From a bacterium (lineage in GTDB: Bacteria > Eisenbacteria > RBG-16-71-46 > CAIMUX01), in assembly GCA_030431975.1 (NCBI GenBank), contig JAUIHP010000007.1:66554-130553 (forward strand): 64,000 nucleotides of DNA, given 5' to 3'. Within the stretch, counting starts at the first letter, position 1; the number at the start of each line of letters is the position of its first letter. Below, piece by piece: positions 61,150 through 64,000 of the stretch. The position numbers were made by a program, and so were the translations under genes. A model generated the notes under the pieces. It was not told the DNA's origin, did not search any database, and saw nothing but the letters and a program-made list of their open reading frames with translations.

Positions 61150-63939
61150 ATGAACTGGTTGCGTGAGCAGAAGTGCCGATGCCGCAGTGCGGGCGGTTGG
61201 ACGTTGAAGGAAGAGAGCGCCAAGTACGCGCCGGACCGAACCTGTGACGTCACCCACTTGAAGATCGAAGTCAAGCCGGACCTACCGAAGAAGCGAATCG
61301 AGGCGACGGCGACCCTCAGTTTGGAAGCGGCGTACGGACCGTTTCTCTCGATTGGCCTGGATGCGGTCGACCTCGAGATCGATTCCATTCGCGATTCCCG
61401 CGGCCGGGATCTCGACTACACCTACCTCCAGAACAAGCTCGTCGTCCGTTTTCCCAAGCCGGTGAAAGAGCGGGAAGACCTTGTCATCGAGTACCGGAAG
61501 GAAGGACCCCGCCGCGGGCTCTACTTCTGGGGGCCGACTTCGTGGGCCCCGAAGCGGGAATGGCAGATGTGGAGCCAGGGCGAAGACGAGGAAGCACGTC
61601 ACTGGATTCCCTGTCACGACGCCCCGAACGAGAAGATGACGACCGAGATGGTGGTGACGGTTCCGTCGAAGTACACGGCCATCTCCAACGGATCGCTCCA
61701 GAGTTCGACGAGAAAGGGACGGAACACCGTCTGGCACTACCTGGAATCCGTGCCGCACACGTCGTACCTCATCTCCCTTGTCATTGGAGTCTTCAACAAG
61801 ATCGAAGACGACCTGGACGGCCTTCCCGTCGAGTACTTTGTCGAGCCGGGCCGCGAGGAAGAGGCGGAGCGATCTTTCGGGAAGACTCCTGCGATGATCC
61901 AGTACTTCGCCGAGCTGCTGGAATGCCCGTTTCCCTACGAGAAGTACGCCCAGGTCGTCGTCCGCCACTTCATCTTTGGGGGAATGGAGAACACTTCGGC
62001 CACGACGCAAACGGATGGGACGCTCCACGACAAGAAGGCCGCCCTCGACGTTTCAAGCGACTCGCTGGTCTCCCACGAACTGGCTCATCAGTGGTTCGGC
62101 GACCTTCTTACGTGCAAGCACTGGGCTCACGCGTGGCTCAACGAAGGGTTCGCCACCTACTTCGAGTGCCTTTGGCGCGAACATGCCGAGTCTTTCGAGG
62201 AGTTCGAACAGAACCTCATCGAGGACGCGGACGACTACTTCGACGAAGGCTACCTTCGTGCCATCGTGAACCACAAGTTCGCGTATCCGATTCAGCTCTT
62301 CGACAATCATCTCTACCCCAAAGGTGGCTGGGTGCTGCACATGCTGCGGCGCCACGTCGGCGACGATCTCTTTTGGAAGGCGCTTCGTCTCTACGTTCGC
62401 CGACACGCGGCGTCCACGGTGGAGACGATCGATCTTATGCGCGCCTTCGAGGACGCCACCGGAAAGAACCTCGAGGCATTCTTCCATCAGTGGCTCTTCT
62501 CTCCCGGTCATCCGGAACTCGAAACGAGTTTCAGCTGGAAGAGCGAGGACTCGGTTCTCGAGATCAAGGTGAAGCAGACGCAATCGACGAAGGACGGAAC
62601 ACCTGTCTTCAAGATTCCGGTCGAAGTCGAGGCTCGCTTGAAGGACGCCGAGGGGAGGGCCCGTTCGGCCCGCGGAAAGAAGGCTTCGGGGCACAAGGCT
62701 GCGGATGCCAAGCTCGATGATGCCAAGACCACCGGGGCAAGAACCGCAGATGTGAAGGCCACAGATGCGAAGGCCGCAGATGCGAAGATCATTCGCCGTG
62801 TCTTTGACATGACGATGGCCGAGCAGACTTTCTATCTGGAGCTGCCCTCCGAACCGCAGCGGGCCCTGCTCGATCCCAATGCTCGGGTTCTCGCGACGCA
62901 CAAACTGGATATGCCCTCGGAGTGGGTCCGTGCTGCCCTGGTCGGCCCGGCGCGGGACACGCGGGTCTACGCGAGAACTCTTCTTGTCCGTCAGACAAAG
63001 AAGGAGCCGAGTCTGGCCACGGTTCGCCTTCTCGGTGAAGTCGTTCGTAAGGATCCCTTCTGGGGAGTGCAGGCTGAAGCGGCAGAGGCGCTTTCCAAGA
63101 TCCGAACTCCGGAGGCTCGGGACGAACTTCTCAAGTCGATGAAAGTTTCCTCGGCCAAGGCACGACGAGGCGTCATGACGGCGCTCGGTGAGTTCGTCGG
63201 CGACGAATCGGTCATTTCGGCTCTGAAGCAAAAGATCGGGCAGGGTGATACGGCCTATCACGCGATGACTCGTGCCTACGCCTCTTACGGGAAGGTGGCC
63301 GGTGCGAAAGGGGCTCCGCTTCTTCGTAAGGAAATGCAGAAAGCTCTGAAGCGTCGCGATTGGCATGACGTGGAAGCGCTCGGAATTGCGCGCGGACTCG
63401 TGGCGGCCCGTGACGAAGACGCGGTCGACGATGTGTTGGCGCTTGCCACCGACCCGTCGCGGTACTGGGCTTCTCGCCTTCACGCGTTCAAGGCGCTTGC
63501 CGAGCTGGGTTCCGTGCGGCCGGCCCTGGCTCCGCGAATCAGCGAAGCGATGGAGCCGCACTTGTGGGACGAGGAACTCCTGCTCGCATTCTCCCTTCCG
63601 TCCGCGTTCGGGACCTTGGGCTACAAGGGTGCGATTCCGGTTCTCGAACGTTGTGCCGAGTCTGCGGCCGTCGACGAATTGCGCGACGGATGTCTTCGCG
63701 CCATCGAGACGATCACGTCCAAGGATCAGACCGGCGGGAAAGTCGATCGACTGCAATCAGAGATTCGTCGGTTGGAAGAAGAGACACGGACTTTGCGAGA
63801 ACGTCTCGATCTTGCGGAAGAAAAGGGCGCGGCAGCAGAGGGTCGACGGCAGAACGGTCGCCCCTCCGGTTCGAAATCCAGCCCGAAGTCCGGTAAGAGC
63901 GGGAATCGTCGGTCCATGAAGGTCAAGGTGCGCCGGTAG
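61150..63939 (+). CDS. pepN: M1-family aminopeptidase with C-terminal HEAT repeats and coiled coil
   Basis: GGMEN, HELAHQWFG...WLNEGFATY, YPKG; HEAT repeats. Alternative start 61099/61102. Confidence 0.93.
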   Translation: MNWLREQKCRCRSAGGWTLKEESAKYAPDRTCDVTHLKIEVKPDLPKKRIEATATLSLEAAYGPFLSIGLDAVDLEIDSIRDSRGRDLDYTYLQNKLVVRFPKPVKEREDLVIEYRKEGPRRGLYFWGPTSWAPKREWQMWSQGEDEEARHWIPCHDAPNEKMTTEMVVTVPSKYTAISNGSLQSSTRKGRNTVWHYLESVPHTSYLISLVIGVFNKIEDDLDGLPVEYFVEPGREEEAERSFGKTPAMIQYFAELLECPFPYEKYAQVVVRHFIFGGMENTSATTQTDGTLHDKKAALDVSSDSLVSHELAHQWFGDLLTCKHWAHAWLNEGFATYFECLWREHAESFEEFEQNLIEDADDYFDEGYLRAIVNHKFAYPIQLFDNHLYPKGGWVLHMLRRHVGDDLFWKALRLYVRRHAASTVETIDLMRAFEDATGKNLEAFFHQWLFSPGHPELETSFSWKSEDSVLEIKVKQTQSTKDGTPVFKIPVEVEARLKDAEGRARSARGKKASGHKAADAKLDDAKTTGARTADVKATDAKAADAKIIRRVFDMTMAEQTFYLELPSEPQRALLDPNARVLATHKLDMPSEWVRAALVGPARDTRVYARTLLVRQTKKEPSLATVRLLGEVVRKDPFWGVQAEAAEALSKIRTPEARDELLKSMKVSSAKARRGVMTALGEFVGDESVISALKQKIGQGDTAYHAMTRAYASYGKVAGAKGAPLLRKEMQKALKRRDWHDVEALGIARGLVAARDEDAVDDVLALATDPSRYWASRLHAFKALAELGSVRPALAPRISEAMEPHLWDEELLLAFSLPSAFGTLGYKGAIPVLERCAESAAVDELRDGCLRAIETITSKDQTGGKVDRLQSEIRRLEEETRTLRERLDLAEEKGAAAEGRRQNGRPSGSKSSPKSGKSGNRRSMKVKVRR
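62680..62787 (+). repeat. In-frame 15-bp repeats encoding KAADA-like pentapeptides
   Basis: aaggctgcggatgcc, aagctcgatgatgcc, aaggccacagatgcg, aaggccgcagatgcg and others, 7 units. Confidence 0.8.
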
Positions 63940-63945
63940 ACAGTG

Positions 63946-63964
63946 GGGGCCGATGTCCGGCCCC
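63946..63964 (+). terminator. GC-rich hairpin after pepN (possible terminator, weak U-tract)
   Basis: GGGGCCG-atgtc-CGGCCCC, 6 bp after the stop codon. Confidence 0.45.
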
Positions 63965-64000
63965 TCATTCTCAACAAGAAGGAGTGGATTCACCCATGGC

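Overview
High-GC bacterial chromosomal window, almost fully coding, with no rRNA, tRNA or CRISPR array visible. FlgD/T9SS-like C-terminal domains, a C-terminal SWGxxK motif and a myxobacterial-type TonB receptor suggest an FCB-related diderm such as Ca. Eisenbacteria (inference only). Gene order: RluA-type and TruD pseudouridine synthases; an exbB-exbD-exbD-tonB-TonB-dependent receptor-lipoprotein operon; a tightly coupled Omp85-DUF4390-NtrY-like kinase-NtrX-like sigma54 regulator-beta-barrel operon; an AAA+/vWA pair; a kinase-STAND-TPR protein; a ZIP transporter; CusCBA-type efflux preceded by a Cys-rich RPPP leader gene; a Phd-RelE/ParE toxin-antitoxin pair; an amidohydrolase pair, one interrupted by an in-frame TAA; a ~5.8 kb accessory island; a secreted beta-propeller/di-haem protein; and several peptidases (S9, M90, S41 tricorn, M1). 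The island (39991-45758) is bracketed by two long hairpin MITE-like elements and carries decayed mobile-element genes (including a triply frameshifted radC) and an intact Lamassu (ABC-3C) anti-phage operon. Best candidates for undescribed biology: the hairpin-bracketed defence cassette, the Asp/Asn two-ExbD TonB motor, the Omp85-to-sigma54 signalling operon, and the putative metal-sensing arrest leader. All family assignments come from motif recognition by eye; no searches were run.
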